NCBI GenBank assembly: GCA_021108075.1
Contig: JAIORP010000158.1
Coordinates: forward strand, 5,740-69,739
Direction of reading: 5' to 3'
Source: Candidatus Omnitrophota bacterium
GTDB taxonomy: Bacteria > Omnitrophota > Gorgyraeia > Zapsychrales > Zapsychraceae
Length of the DNA: 64,000 nucleotides
Shown: positions 30,368 through 40,812 of the stretch, in pieces
How the letters are laid out: each line of letters begins with the position of its first letter
Numbering within the stretch: position 1 is the stretch's first letter
The notes under the pieces: generated by a model
What the model saw: the letters and a program-made list of their open reading frames with translations, nothing else
What the model was told of the DNA's origin: nothing
Database searches by the model: none
Translations under genes and position numbers: made by a program

Positions 30368-30982
30368 CTAAAACAGGCCCATGACCAGCCGGGCTAACTG
30401 CCATACGACAAAATAAAAAACACCGCCAATGACAGGCGCCATGTAAGCCAGCATTTTAATACTCCGACTAATGGGCAAATCCTTCTTTTTCTGCTGATCC
30501 GGATACGTATTGTTGACAACCTTGATATTGCTCCACCGATCATGCCACCACGTCGAATTAAAATCATCCTGGCTCTTAACGACGAGTGGTTCAAACGGCA
30601 GCAAACGCAACAGGCTTCTGATCCATACTTGCTTGGCCGTGGGCGGCCCTTCACCCAGATGGCAAATCTTCGTGCGGGTGAGATATTTGGAGGGTGTCTT
30701 CTGGAACCAGGTCTCAAAAACGTAATAGTACACAATAAAACAAACGCCAAACACGCAGAATAAAAATAACTCGGCAATCCGATTGAACGTCTCCGGCAGT
30801 TGACTGAACCATAATATGTCAAGAAAACCTTTCACAATATAAAAAGCAATACTGATCAAAACCAAATCAATTACAAAATTTAAAAACCGTTTCCACACAT
30901 CAGCATGCGCATAAACAGTGTTAAAGCCGCGCCATTCCTTTATGTAGTCCGGTTTAACGACTTCAAAATCAGGATCGCACAT
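30368..30982 (-). CDS. RDD-family-like membrane protein
   Basis: KRFLNFVIDLVLISIAF and following TM helices resemble the RDD domain. Low specificity. Confidence 0.4.
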   Translation of the reverse strand: MCDPDFEVVKPDYIKEWRGFNTVYAHADVWKRFLNFVIDLVLISIAFYIVKGFLDILWFSQLPETFNRIAELFLFCVFGVCFIVYYYVFETWFQKTPSKYLTRTKICHLGEGPPTAKQVWIRSLLRLLPFEPLVVKSQDDFNSTWWHDRWSNIKVVNNTYPDQQKKKDLPISRSIKMLAYMAPVIGGVFYFVVWQLARLVMGLF

Positions 30983-31018
30983 CGCCCTCTCCTTTATAGC
31001 AATATTTCTCTCTTTCCA

Positions 31019-31966
31019 TTATTCGAACCGTTTCATTTTATAATAGATCCCCTCATCAACGATATAAAAAAATAATGTTTTTTTCTGGTATGGCTTGAAG
31101 GAAAATATATCTGTCTGGATATCTGGAAGTTTGGAAAGATCCAGCTCCTTTTGCTGCATCTCGAATTGCAGCATGATCTCCGCCAGATAGACCTTTGATG
31201 GAGAAAAGTTGGGGTTCGCCCGCAAACTGTCCTTCAAGAACGTCACACCCTTTTCATATGCTTTTAACTCCAGACATGCCAGGGCCGCCAGATAATAAAA
31301 GACCTCTTGTTTGTCAGGGACTTTCCCGGCACCGATGACAGCGGCACGCAATAGCGAATGAAAATCATTCCGCGCAGCATAACTGCTCATAAGATATAGA
31401 TAACCATCGACATATGCCTTCTGAAGCATCAGCGGCATATTGTCCGGATCAACCGGCAGATATTCATTCTGCTGATTGATCGACGTCAATTTCCCCCCTC
31501 GCTGAAAGATATCATTGCACCGCAGATCAACATTTCCTTTGAAATACGATATGGCACTCTGGTAATCTTTCTGTTCATACGCCAGTACCCCTAAATTATA
31601 ATTGATACCAAAAGCATCCTTTTTTTGCTGATACGCCCGCTCAAACATTTTATGGGCGAGCTCCGGTTCGTCTAAGGCCACATAACACCAGCCCATGTTG
31701 TTGTAGCTGATCGGGGCTTGATCAAAAATTTTAATAATACAGGAGTAATAACGTAATGCTGCCCTTAAACGTCTTTGCTGAAAAGGAGCCTGCCCCATAA
31801 CAGAATGATTCAAGTACATCATTTCTGAGTTCAAATGATCCAATGTTCGAAAGACAATCCGGTTGTGGTCCAGCAAAAAAACGCACAGCAATAAAAGCGC
31901 GCCATAGATGCTGACATACCGCCCCAGTATAAGCCCCATCATTTTTTTCAGGCTGCTTATTTTCAT
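31019..31966 (-). CDS. membrane-anchored TPR-repeat protein (module 2)
   Basis: N-terminal TM plus TPRs. Paralog of 13929-14864 and 34234-35193 (GINYNLGVLAYEQKDYQSAISYF). Starts 1 nt after the YfhO-like stop. Confidence 0.8.
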   Translation of the reverse strand: MKISSLKKMMGLILGRYVSIYGALLLLCVFLLDHNRIVFRTLDHLNSEMMYLNHSVMGQAPFQQRRLRAALRYYSCIIKIFDQAPISYNNMGWCYVALDEPELAHKMFERAYQQKKDAFGINYNLGVLAYEQKDYQSAISYFKGNVDLRCNDIFQRGGKLTSINQQNEYLPVDPDNMPLMLQKAYVDGYLYLMSSYAARNDFHSLLRAAVIGAGKVPDKQEVFYYLAALACLELKAYEKGVTFLKDSLRANPNFSPSKVYLAEIMLQFEMQQKELDLSKLPDIQTDIFSFKPYQKKTLFFYIVDEGIYYKMKRFE

Positions 31967-34198
31967 TTAATGGAACACTCCCCGGCTTTTCCCGTTCAGT
32001 CCACGCCCGAACATCTTCTTGAGTCTAATGAAATAACAACTGATCAGCAAAAGAAAAAATGCTAAAAAATATATCATCAACAATTTATAAAAGGTTTCCA
32101 TCAAGCGGCTTTCATAACGAAGACGCAACCGATGCTTTCCAGCCGGGACCCAAACACCTTTAAAAGCCACATTCGCCCGATAAATGGTTTCCGGCTTTCC
32201 GTCCACGGTTAAATGCCATTTGCGGTGATAACTGTCATTATAAACGAATAATTGTGGAAAAGGCACATCCAACAACAGTTCGATTTCGTTTAAATCAAAA
32301 CGGCGGACAGTCAAAGTTTGACCATCGGCCAAGATGACCCGTGGAGGCTTTAACGGCGCGGGCGGTCCCGCCTTTGTCATTTCAGTTTGATCATCCCCAC
32401 AAACAACAAGGGCTTTCTTCGACCGCAAGGATAAGACCTCAGCTATATGCTGTTTATCATCAAAGGTTTCATCAACGCATTGAAAATCATCATATAAAAT
32501 AAATTTATTTTTAACGTAGGACTGCAATAACTCCCTGGGCATCTGTTCATGCAGGAAGTACGACCATCTCATCCCATAGTAATTCTCCTTGAAAAATCCT
32601 GACGTATCCTGCAGGGCCCCAAAGGCTTCATAGGGTTTTAACACTTCCCTTTGATAATCCGGCCTTTCAAATACAAATACCGGAGGGTCATCGTTGGTCC
32701 AGTTATCTTGCTGACTGTCTGTGAATTTATAATGCGCGGTGTTTTGCCTAAAGGATTGAAAGACACTGACAGGCTGTATCATAATGATAATAAAAAATCC
32801 GGCCATCAAGCCGTAACGTACGATTGGTTTTGAATGGTAACGCCCCCACAGGATTAAGAATATGACATTGAGCAATAAACTTAAGTAAGAAATGAAACCC
32901 ACATTCCGGATTTGATAAAAAAACACTCCCAACGCAGAATGTATCACAATGAGCAGCAGACCGATTATTTTTTTGGACTTCTGTTGTGGGAATGAGTACA
33001 TCCACCAGGCTAAGACGTCAACAAAGAATAACAGTGCGGCCAACCAGGCAAACCAGACGAGATAGTGCAAATTCCGAAAATACCTGAAGAAAAATATATA
33101 TTTAAATAAAAACAGAAACAACGGCGTAAAATCCGCAAGGCTGATAAGGAAAATCAAGAAAGCAATGGATATAAAAATCAATCCCTTCTTCCGGACAGGA
33201 ACGATCAGGCCACAGGCTAAAATCAACCAAAAAAATAAAGGAGCATAAAAAAGACCTAAATCCATCCCATCTAAATCGGCCCACAACCCTCTGATACTGT
33301 TCGGTCCGATCAGACTGCTCAGGCTGATGGTCGCTAAAGTCATCTCCAGGGGGTCATCCCCCGCTGTCCGCCAGTTCACGACATAATCCCCATTCCGGGC
33401 TTCCAAAAACCAACGGAAGCCCGGCAACAAAGATAACAGGATAGAAACAATGGCCAGCGCAAAAATGATCTTATTTTTTCCGGCGAATGTCCTCAATTCT
33501 TTCAAACAAAGCCCGACGCGCCGGGGGTAGAACGCGCACAAACAAACCAGAATGATCCCCAGGCTGGTCAAGAAATGAAAAGGCATATAAGTCACATTTA
33601 TGATCATCATCGCCAAGGTCAGCCCGAGCCAATCAACAATTTTAAACTCCTTAAAAAAAGACACAAAAAAATAATAAAACCATATCGCGGGAACAATGAT
33701 CAGCACCAGCAAACAATCGTTAAAAATATTGCTGCCCAAATTAGACAATAACACGAGACAGAACGCGCAATAAGCCAACCAGAACTTCTTATACAAACAC
33801 TTCACCAAAAAGTAAAAACCAAAGGCGCCCAAAATAAAATAGAAGAGATAAAAGCAAGCGTATGCCGTAGAAAAATTCGCGCCCACGCCCCGCATCAGAC
33901 TGATGATATAGGTCAATGGGTTGCACTCTCCGATCATGCGCACGCCAAAATCATCTGGTCTGCCCCAGGCATGATAGGGATCCCATAAAGGATACACCCA
34001 ACGGCCGATATGATGAAAAAAATACTCCGTATAACGGTAACAGACCTGGGCATCAACGATAAGTTTGATGTGACCTTTTATTAAATGGGAGATTGAATGC
34101 AGCCATATAAAGACCGGAAGGATAAAAAGAAAAAGATAAGCAGCTGACCGGATGAACACATCGAATAACGAAAAATTTTGATTATTATTTTTTGGCAT
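31967..34198 (-). CDS. YfhO-family GT-C membrane glycosyltransferase-like protein (module 2)
   Basis: 743 aa. N-terminal YPLWDPYHAWGRP motif, multi-TM core, C-terminal YNDSYHRKWHLTVDGK...AFKGVWVPAGKH block. Paralogous to 14866-17049 and 35190-37451. Confidence 0.7.
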   Translation of the reverse strand: MPKNNNQNFSLFDVFIRSAAYLFLFILPVFIWLHSISHLIKGHIKLIVDAQVCYRYTEYFFHHIGRWVYPLWDPYHAWGRPDDFGVRMIGECNPLTYIISLMRGVGANFSTAYACFYLFYFILGAFGFYFLVKCLYKKFWLAYCAFCLVLLSNLGSNIFNDCLLVLIIVPAIWFYYFFVSFFKEFKIVDWLGLTLAMMIINVTYMPFHFLTSLGIILVCLCAFYPRRVGLCLKELRTFAGKNKIIFALAIVSILLSLLPGFRWFLEARNGDYVVNWRTAGDDPLEMTLATISLSSLIGPNSIRGLWADLDGMDLGLFYAPLFFWLILACGLIVPVRKKGLIFISIAFLIFLISLADFTPLFLFLFKYIFFFRYFRNLHYLVWFAWLAALLFFVDVLAWWMYSFPQQKSKKIIGLLLIVIHSALGVFFYQIRNVGFISYLSLLLNVIFLILWGRYHSKPIVRYGLMAGFFIIIMIQPVSVFQSFRQNTAHYKFTDSQQDNWTNDDPPVFVFERPDYQREVLKPYEAFGALQDTSGFFKENYYGMRWSYFLHEQMPRELLQSYVKNKFILYDDFQCVDETFDDKQHIAEVLSLRSKKALVVCGDDQTEMTKAGPPAPLKPPRVILADGQTLTVRRFDLNEIELLLDVPFPQLFVYNDSYHRKWHLTVDGKPETIYRANVAFKGVWVPAGKHRLRLRYESRLMETFYKLLMIYFLAFFLLLISCYFIRLKKMFGRGLNGKSRGVFH

Positions 34199-34233
34199 GG
34201 GATTTGATGACGGTATTCATCTTATACAAGCAA

Positions 34234-35193
34234 TCAATATGGTGCCAGATCGATGTTATGGTATTTTTCAACGCGAGAGCCAACGCTCTGTTGATGTATT
34301 TTCGACTGTTCTAAAAAATTATGGGCCACCTGCGGTTTACCGACGGCCTGCATGATCAGGCTGGAGTAATACAATGCTTCATAATGATACGGATCATATC
34401 TTAGGGCTGTACGAAAAGATTGTAGCGCCAATTTATAACTCTTCACTTTATATTGAGCGAGTCCCAGATAAAAATGAAAGAACGCGTAATCATCGATATC
34501 TTCCCGCAGGGCCGAATTCGCGTAACCGACCATCTCTGAAATCTCATCCATCGCATATAAACTCATAACAACAACCTTGTAATCATTTTCATAGCCGAAC
34601 CTCATCTGGGCCAAAACATATTCAGGGCTTAAATGCGCACCGGATATCAAAAAAGGAACATATATCCGCCTGGAATTTAACGTGTAACGTAAGGTCTCCC
34701 TTTTCTTTGCGTCCAGGGCCTTGACCATAAATTGAAAAGCAGCAGGATATTCTTTCGATTTAAAATGAATAACACCCAAATTATAATTGAACCAAAAGAA
34801 ATCCGGTTTTAAATCACTTGCTTTGTTATACAACTTTTTCGATTCGCCGACCTGCCCTTGCAGATAACGGCAGTAGGCCAACATACCATATGAGTCAGGC
34901 CGGTTGGGCAAGGCTTCAATGATTTCTTCCAGATAGTGAACGTAACGATCCAGCTCTTTGGGCTCAGGGGTTTCTTTTGATTCAGTCGCACGCACGAGCA
35001 ACTCCCAGCTTGCGGGCATAAGCCGGCTTAAAGTAACCAGCTTGGCTTTTAAAACGACATAGTCCCACGGGATAAAAGTCTTTGAGATCACATAAAAAAG
35101 GAGGCAAAGCACAATCACGCGATTGAACACAAAATTGATCCATTGACGTCCACCGGAGAAACATTTTTTCTGTTTAAATGGTTGTTTTGTCAT
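34234..35193 (-). CDS. membrane-anchored TPR-repeat protein (module 1)
   Basis: N-terminal TM plus TPRs (LKPDFFWFNYNLGVIHF). Its ATG overlaps the YfhO-like stop (ATGA), which indicates translational coupling. Confidence 0.8.
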   Translation of the reverse strand: MTKQPFKQKKCFSGGRQWINFVFNRVIVLCLLFYVISKTFIPWDYVVLKAKLVTLSRLMPASWELLVRATESKETPEPKELDRYVHYLEEIIEALPNRPDSYGMLAYCRYLQGQVGESKKLYNKASDLKPDFFWFNYNLGVIHFKSKEYPAAFQFMVKALDAKKRETLRYTLNSRRIYVPFLISGAHLSPEYVLAQMRFGYENDYKVVVMSLYAMDEISEMVGYANSALREDIDDYAFFHFYLGLAQYKVKSYKLALQSFRTALRYDPYHYEALYYSSLIMQAVGKPQVAHNFLEQSKIHQQSVGSRVEKYHNIDLAPY

Positions 35194-37451
35194 TGTGCTG
35201 TCACCGCTCTGTTTCTATTCATGAACGCTCTCCACCCATAAAAAAGAACAGCCAGAAAGACCGCGTAAAAAATCAGCATGAATAGCACTTTCAAATAATA
35301 CTGAAACATCGTGTTGAACCGGAAGGTAATTTCATGTTCTCCCGCCGGAACAAACAGTCCCTTAAAAGCGATGTTGGCGATATCAATGCCGACAGGATTA
35401 TTGTCGATGGCGGCGTTCCACAGGGGATGAAAGCTGTCATTGTAGACCAAATATTTATCAATATCATAATGCATGTGTACTGTGACCTGATTGCTGTCAT
35501 AGGAAACAACTTTAAAGCTCGAGCTTGATTCGGACACATACTCAGGCTGTCCTTGAATATCCTGAATGTTGCGGACCCTGGTAACACCACGATCCGAATA
35601 ATAGGAGAAATAATTCTCCGGTAAAGGCTGAATGAAGGCGACGTTCTTATTGCCACGCAACGAAACCGTTAAGTCATCATAGTGAAAATCTTTTTCGACC
35701 ACCTTAACCTGATCATATACGATAAATCGGTAATAAATATAATTTTTCAGGACCGGGTACGGGATGTGCGATAATAACTGCTGATAGCCTTTTGAGGCGT
35801 AATATATCTGGGGCCCCCCGATCTCAAGCTGCTCCTGCTTTAAAGAATCCAGCAGAACCTTGCGCCCGCGCGTATATTGAAAATCGTGCGACAAGTTATC
35901 ATATTTCGAGATGTCATAACCCAGAGGGATATTATTTTTTAAATAAGAAAAGACTTCTAATGGCTGGACGACGAGGGACAAAAAAAGCAATACCCAGCAC
36001 AGTCCATTCAGTTTCTGATTGATTGCCCCGTTCTTTTGGGATGAAAAAAAACTAATAATAAAGTAAGCCAGACTCAGGACGATAACGAAGTAGGTTGAGT
36101 TGATATTATAGGGTTGTTTCACATGGACGAACAAAACAAGGCCATGCACCAAGACGGCAAACAAGACATAAACCACCGTATTAATTTTTTTCTTTTTTAT
36201 GGCGTGCTGATACTGATCAAAAATCTCGGTTAAAAACAGGATCGCGACAGGAGATAAAATGATCCAAAGAAAAAAATGAAGGTTCTTAAAATATTTAAAG
36301 AAGAAGACCCGCGAATAGAACCAATCATACAATGGAATCCGTGGAAAATAGACGAGAAACAATCCCATACCCCAAAAACAAAAAAACAAAAGACGTTTTG
36401 ATATCTTATTGAACAAACCCATAGCAAAAATTATGAACGCGAATAATGGAAGGTACAATACCGCGTAAGTAAAACGCTTCAAATTATTAAAGTACTGGAC
36501 ATACACGATGTCTTCCATAATACCCCAGTCCTTGATGGCGACTTTATTCACTTCGAAAATATGTTTCGCGTTCTGGGCTGAAGGGCGGCCCGGCAAGACA
36601 AAATGTGAGAGGCTGGATTGTTTATAAAATAACCACCCCGGCAACAACGATAGGCCAAAACAGACGAGAACGATGACAATCAGAATTTTATGTTTTTTTA
36701 AAAAACATCCAAAAACAAAGACAAAACGCAACATTTTCTTAGGGGAAAAAATAATCATAAGAAGAAAAAATGAAATGGCAATGCTGATGAAATAAAACGG
36801 GATATATGTTCCCATTAAAATCATGCTGGTCAGTAATATCCCCAATATGTCGCGGATGATCCGATCGCAGTCCTCGTTTAAACCCGGCGATTGTCTTTCT
36901 TCACTCAAAGCCTGAAATATGTCCAGAAAGAAATAAAAAAACCAAATCATCGGGACAAACATCAAATGCAGATAGGAATCAAACATGCGTGTCGTTAAAG
37001 AAGAAAAAAGAAACAGACAAAAAGCTGTAAAGGCGCTCTTTCTGTAATGAAAAATCCTTCTGGCCAACAAATAAAATCCATATGCCCCTAAAAAATTGTA
37101 AAACACACAAAACAAGATATACCCTATGCGGTATGGGAGACCCATCTTCGCGCTTAAGATCAAAAAAAAGTATGCCGGATTAAATTCGTTGAAACGCCTT
37201 AAAAAAAACTCATTGTTAACCCCACAGTTCCAGTTGGGGTCCCAAAGCGGGATCACATTCCGGGCCAAAGATTCAACGAAATATTTTGTATGTTCGTAAT
37301 AAGAGATAGCGTCGCTGGCAACGGGAATTTTCCCGAATAAAAAACCTTTAAACACAAACATCCACATTAAAAAAGAAATCACGATAAAAAAACAGATGAT
37401 TTTCTCTTCACTCTGAAAGACGTTACTGATCCATGTCCGTAAATTTTTCAT
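35190..37451 (-). CDS. YfhO-family GT-C membrane glycosyltransferase-like protein (module 1)
   Basis: 753 aa. SDAISYYEHTKYF...IPLWDPNWNCGVNNEFF N-terminal motif and YNDSFHPLWNAAIDNNPV...AFKGLFVPAGEH C-terminal motif. Confidence 0.7.
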   Translation of the reverse strand: MKNLRTWISNVFQSEEKIICFFIVISFLMWMFVFKGFLFGKIPVASDAISYYEHTKYFVESLARNVIPLWDPNWNCGVNNEFFLRRFNEFNPAYFFLILSAKMGLPYRIGYILFCVFYNFLGAYGFYLLARRIFHYRKSAFTAFCLFLFSSLTTRMFDSYLHLMFVPMIWFFYFFLDIFQALSEERQSPGLNEDCDRIIRDILGILLTSMILMGTYIPFYFISIAISFFLLMIIFSPKKMLRFVFVFGCFLKKHKILIVIVLVCFGLSLLPGWLFYKQSSLSHFVLPGRPSAQNAKHIFEVNKVAIKDWGIMEDIVYVQYFNNLKRFTYAVLYLPLFAFIIFAMGLFNKISKRLLFFCFWGMGLFLVYFPRIPLYDWFYSRVFFFKYFKNLHFFLWIILSPVAILFLTEIFDQYQHAIKKKKINTVVYVLFAVLVHGLVLFVHVKQPYNINSTYFVIVLSLAYFIISFFSSQKNGAINQKLNGLCWVLLFLSLVVQPLEVFSYLKNNIPLGYDISKYDNLSHDFQYTRGRKVLLDSLKQEQLEIGGPQIYYASKGYQQLLSHIPYPVLKNYIYYRFIVYDQVKVVEKDFHYDDLTVSLRGNKNVAFIQPLPENYFSYYSDRGVTRVRNIQDIQGQPEYVSESSSSFKVVSYDSNQVTVHMHYDIDKYLVYNDSFHPLWNAAIDNNPVGIDIANIAFKGLFVPAGEHEITFRFNTMFQYYLKVLFMLIFYAVFLAVLFYGWRAFMNRNRAVTAQ

Positions 37452-37465
37452 TAAAAAATAACCAT

Positions 37466-39574
37466 TTAATGTGATTGAACCCCTTGCTTTTCCCGAATAA
37501 GCTGAACGGCCATGATTTTAACAATAGCATTCGGACGAGCGGCTCTTATTATAAATCGATATTCATGATACGCGACAGGATGGAGCAAAGGGTACAAACG
37601 GTCAAACCCATTCTTGTGATGAGAAATCTCACGTTTGACATCCAAATTTTTCCATTCTCTATCCTGGTAGCGGCCTTGCAATGTCCATTGGAAAGGCACT
37701 CTCTGTCCATCCCGGTTAAAACCGGATCCGATCAGTCGATAACCATACAGATCTTGGGCTAAATGTTTTGATTCGATTCGAAATTCCTGTTCTCCCCGGA
37801 TATACCAAAAAGGAAATTTTTTTTCGGGTTGAGTTCGATGCTGTTGTTCAAAGACCAAAAACGGCGCCGCATCCAATCCTTCCCGATGAACGGTTATAAG
37901 GCTTTGCGCGTCACTGCCCCCTGCCTCGAGATACACCCGGCCATCCTGAACCGCGCTTGGAGTAAATGAATACCGCACATCATTGAGATCAATGACTTTA
38001 GTAAATTTGTCGTAATATATCGCATCCCCGGGTTCGATAAAAGAAATATCTTGAGAAAATTCAGACTTCGACTCCATAATGACAGCAAAAAGCGGACGGA
38101 CATGATTCACGGAGGTCAGCATATATCCAAACTCAAATGGAAAGGCCTTGCGGACTAAAGCCGTGCCGACCGGGATTCCTTTAACAACCACGCGTTTCAT
38201 CTCTGCGGGGATTCCGGCTGTCATCTGACTTTTCAGATATCGCCATTCCAGGTAATAATTTTGTGCGACCGCCGTCATATGCCTCATTGTTACGACGCTG
38301 TAAAGCACGACCAATGCCACGCCATAAACCTTCAGCCCGCTTAAACAATCACGTTTATTTTGATCCAATTTATTCCACAGCCAAAAATGCAACACAACCC
38401 CTAGCGCGGTGGTCGGCCATAAAACCCTGAAACCCAAAACAGAAAAACACTGTTGGGCTATAATCATCGGACTGATGATCAATAAAGACAGGATCAGAAA
38501 CATAACAAACTTTTCTAAAACAAAAAACCAGGATGTGGTCTCGTTCTTATCTAAACGAGCCGCCCGATTGAATAAGCAGACCAACGGCGTAAAAACAATG
38601 ATCAGCCTTAACACAACACCAAAAGAGGGCCGCAACAGATACCAGATATGACTGATGGACAACAGCACAATTTCTTTGACCAGTCCCCACTTGCTCCAAA
38701 TATCTTTCACCAATCCCATAGAATAAACAGACCCCGCGGGGGCGGAGTATTCCAAATGCTGGCTGGCGATCGGATAGATACACTGCCGGTCTATGATCCG
38801 GTAAATCACCATGCCCGCAGAAAAAAAGATCACATCATTGATAAAAACTTTCCGTTGATCCTGTCTTTGTGACGATTTAAATGACAAAATATTTATAACC
38901 GTTAAAACAAAAACAAACAGCGCGGTTAAGGGATAAATCAATAAACTGCACTGGAAGAATATAAACGACAACACAATCCAGGCGTACTCAGAAAGACTTC
39001 GCCTTTCCCAGAGCCATTTCAATCCACGCCCTCTTTCCCAAAGGAAGTAACAAAGAAAGGCAAAGACAGCATTAAAAGGTCCACAAAAGAAATTCGCGAC
39101 CCAGATGACGTTAATTTGCTGCGGGGCGGAAAAGATCAAGCTAAATCCAGCCAGTACCGCCCAAAACGGGTCCAGAAAACGGCGCTTGATCATGAATCGG
39201 ATAAAAACGGTCATGGCGATATAAATAAAGAAAAAACATGCAAACCTTCCCCACGCTAAGGCGTTCAAACTGTTCATCCCCCACGCTAAGACGCTCACAC
39301 ATACCGCCCCTAAAGCACGTCCAACCATAAGAATGTGCACGGACTCAAAAAAACCCAGCCACTCAAAGGATTTGACAGATAACAAGGCTGCATCATTGTG
39401 ATAGGCGAAAGGGGTGATGAAAACTGGCAGATAGACAAGAAAACTAACGCAGGTTAAGGCCCAAAAGAGACATTGACTGTTACCCCATCCATAAAAAAAA
39501 TTTTGGTAAGACTTATTTATTTTTTCTTTTAAAAACTGGATCATATATAAAACATTTATTGATACCAATTCCAT
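37466..39574 (-). CDS. large polytopic membrane protein with a C-terminal soluble domain, possible GT-C-like
   Basis: 702 aa, at least 12 TM helices, then a ~250-aa hydrophilic domain. No sequence similarity to the YfhO paralogs. The annotated ATG lies inside MITE copy 3, and an alternative start is at about 39544. Confidence 0.55.
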   Translation of the reverse strand: MELVSINVLYMIQFLKEKINKSYQNFFYGWGNSQCLFWALTCVSFLVYLPVFITPFAYHNDAALLSVKSFEWLGFFESVHILMVGRALGAVCVSVLAWGMNSLNALAWGRFACFFFIYIAMTVFIRFMIKRRFLDPFWAVLAGFSLIFSAPQQINVIWVANFFCGPFNAVFAFLCYFLWERGRGLKWLWERRSLSEYAWIVLSFIFFQCSLLIYPLTALFVFVLTVINILSFKSSQRQDQRKVFINDVIFFSAGMVIYRIIDRQCIYPIASQHLEYSAPAGSVYSMGLVKDIWSKWGLVKEIVLLSISHIWYLLRPSFGVVLRLIIVFTPLVCLFNRAARLDKNETTSWFFVLEKFVMFLILSLLIISPMIIAQQCFSVLGFRVLWPTTALGVVLHFWLWNKLDQNKRDCLSGLKVYGVALVVLYSVVTMRHMTAVAQNYYLEWRYLKSQMTAGIPAEMKRVVVKGIPVGTALVRKAFPFEFGYMLTSVNHVRPLFAVIMESKSEFSQDISFIEPGDAIYYDKFTKVIDLNDVRYSFTPSAVQDGRVYLEAGGSDAQSLITVHREGLDAAPFLVFEQQHRTQPEKKFPFWYIRGEQEFRIESKHLAQDLYGYRLIGSGFNRDGQRVPFQWTLQGRYQDREWKNLDVKREISHHKNGFDRLYPLLHPVAYHEYRFIIRAARPNAIVKIMAVQLIREKQGVQSH

Positions 39575-39643
39575 TAAATAATGACCAAAACCAATTCTGC
39601 TTTTCAGAATTAAGATAGAACAATTTATTAATGGATTTGGTAT
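39562..39643. repeat. 82-bp MITE/REP-like element, copy 3 (orientation A)
   Basis: ataccaattccattaaataatgaccaaaaccaattctgcttttcagaattaagatagaacaatttattaatggatttggtat. Confidence 0.9.
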
Positions 39644-39670
39644 GATTACAAATATCGACCGTGTCTATTT

Positions 39671-39754
39671 ATACCCATTCCGATTCTGCTTTTCCCGACG
39701 CTTAAGCAAAAATATCAGAATTGAAATAAAACAATTAACTAATAAATTTGGTAT
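39671..39754. repeat. degenerate, deleted copy of the 104-bp insertion variant of the element
   Basis: atacccattccgattctgcttttcccgacgcttaagcaaaaatatcagaattgaaataaaacaattaactaataaatttggtat. Shares the extra segment (cgacg.tt.agc.a.aatat) seen in the 62190-62293 copy. Confidence 0.65.
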
Positions 39755-40812
39755 TACCATTTAAAAGTAATACTGGTTCTCTCACAGCGTGAACAAACAG
39801 AAACCGCTCCCCGCCCTTTTTCATTCAATAGCATACGCATTTTCTGCGCGGAATGTCCATTCCAAATTTCTAATAAATTTGTTACACCAATCTTAAACGT
39901 CCCATAACGGGTTGTATCGCTCCAAACAGCACATTCGCAGCAGGCTAAAATATCGCCATTCCAATCCAATTGCATGGCCTTCCATATCCAATCGCACGAC
40001 CCCTTTAACGGCAGAACGGCCTGACTCAATGCCGGCTCCTGATCCTCTAATCCTCCTTTGGGATTACCGGGCCGAACATTTAACATAATTCCTAATGGGC
40101 GACAAAAGTCCTGGACCAACTTCAATTCATGCTGATTGTAATTATAGAGGATATAGTCAATCATAATGACGGTGCCGAAACGCCCTTTTTTATTTTTCTC
40201 CACCAATAAACGGATATTTGATTTAATCTTTTCAATATCACCATGCCGGACCTGAACATTATAAATATCTTTCGAAAATCCGCTTATGGCTATCTTTACA
40301 AAATCTAATCCCGCGTCCAATAATTCTTCGATCTTCCGCTCTGTTAATAATGAGCCATTGGTCGCGATCATGGTTGCCACACCTTGATCGGTTGCGGATT
40401 GGATGACCCGAGCCAAGTCCTTGTATATAAGCGGTTCCCCATTGGTGTATAAAACGGCTATAAGCAAATAATCCTTTAATTGCCGAATGATATCTAAGGC
40501 CATCTCAAGCGGCATTTTTCCTTTAGGGATTGTTCCCGTCCGACCTTTAGGATTCACATCAGGAATCACTCCTCTGGCATCACGGCAAAACAAACAATTC
40601 GCATTGCACTCATTGGATAAGTCCAGACTCAACATGTAGGGACCTTGCGCGGAGATCGGATTTTTTCTCCAATAAGCGAAATAACAATCCAACATATTTC
40701 TTATTTTGCGGATATTAATTTTCTTCTGCTGAATAACCCGCTGTAAAATTTTGAGGTGAAGTAAGATGTATTGATTGCGCATAGATATTTTTTTGGGGCT
40801 GTGAGAACCCAT
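39754..40812 (-). CDS. radical SAM/SPASM-domain protein
   Basis: LSLDLSNECNANCLFCRD (CxxxCxxC) and a C-terminal Cys-rich SPASM-like region (CDWIW...ILACCECAVW...CSRC). The real start is probably the internal M at about 40695, which avoids overlap with the upstream GT2 gene. Confidence 0.8.
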   Translation of the reverse strand: MGSHSPKKISMRNQYILLHLKILQRVIQQKKINIRKIRNMLDCYFAYWRKNPISAQGPYMLSLDLSNECNANCLFCRDARGVIPDVNPKGRTGTIPKGKMPLEMALDIIRQLKDYLLIAVLYTNGEPLIYKDLARVIQSATDQGVATMIATNGSLLTERKIEELLDAGLDFVKIAISGFSKDIYNVQVRHGDIEKIKSNIRLLVEKNKKGRFGTVIMIDYILYNYNQHELKLVQDFCRPLGIMLNVRPGNPKGGLEDQEPALSQAVLPLKGSCDWIWKAMQLDWNGDILACCECAVWSDTTRYGTFKIGVTNLLEIWNGHSAQKMRMLLNEKGRGAVSVCSRCERTSITFKW

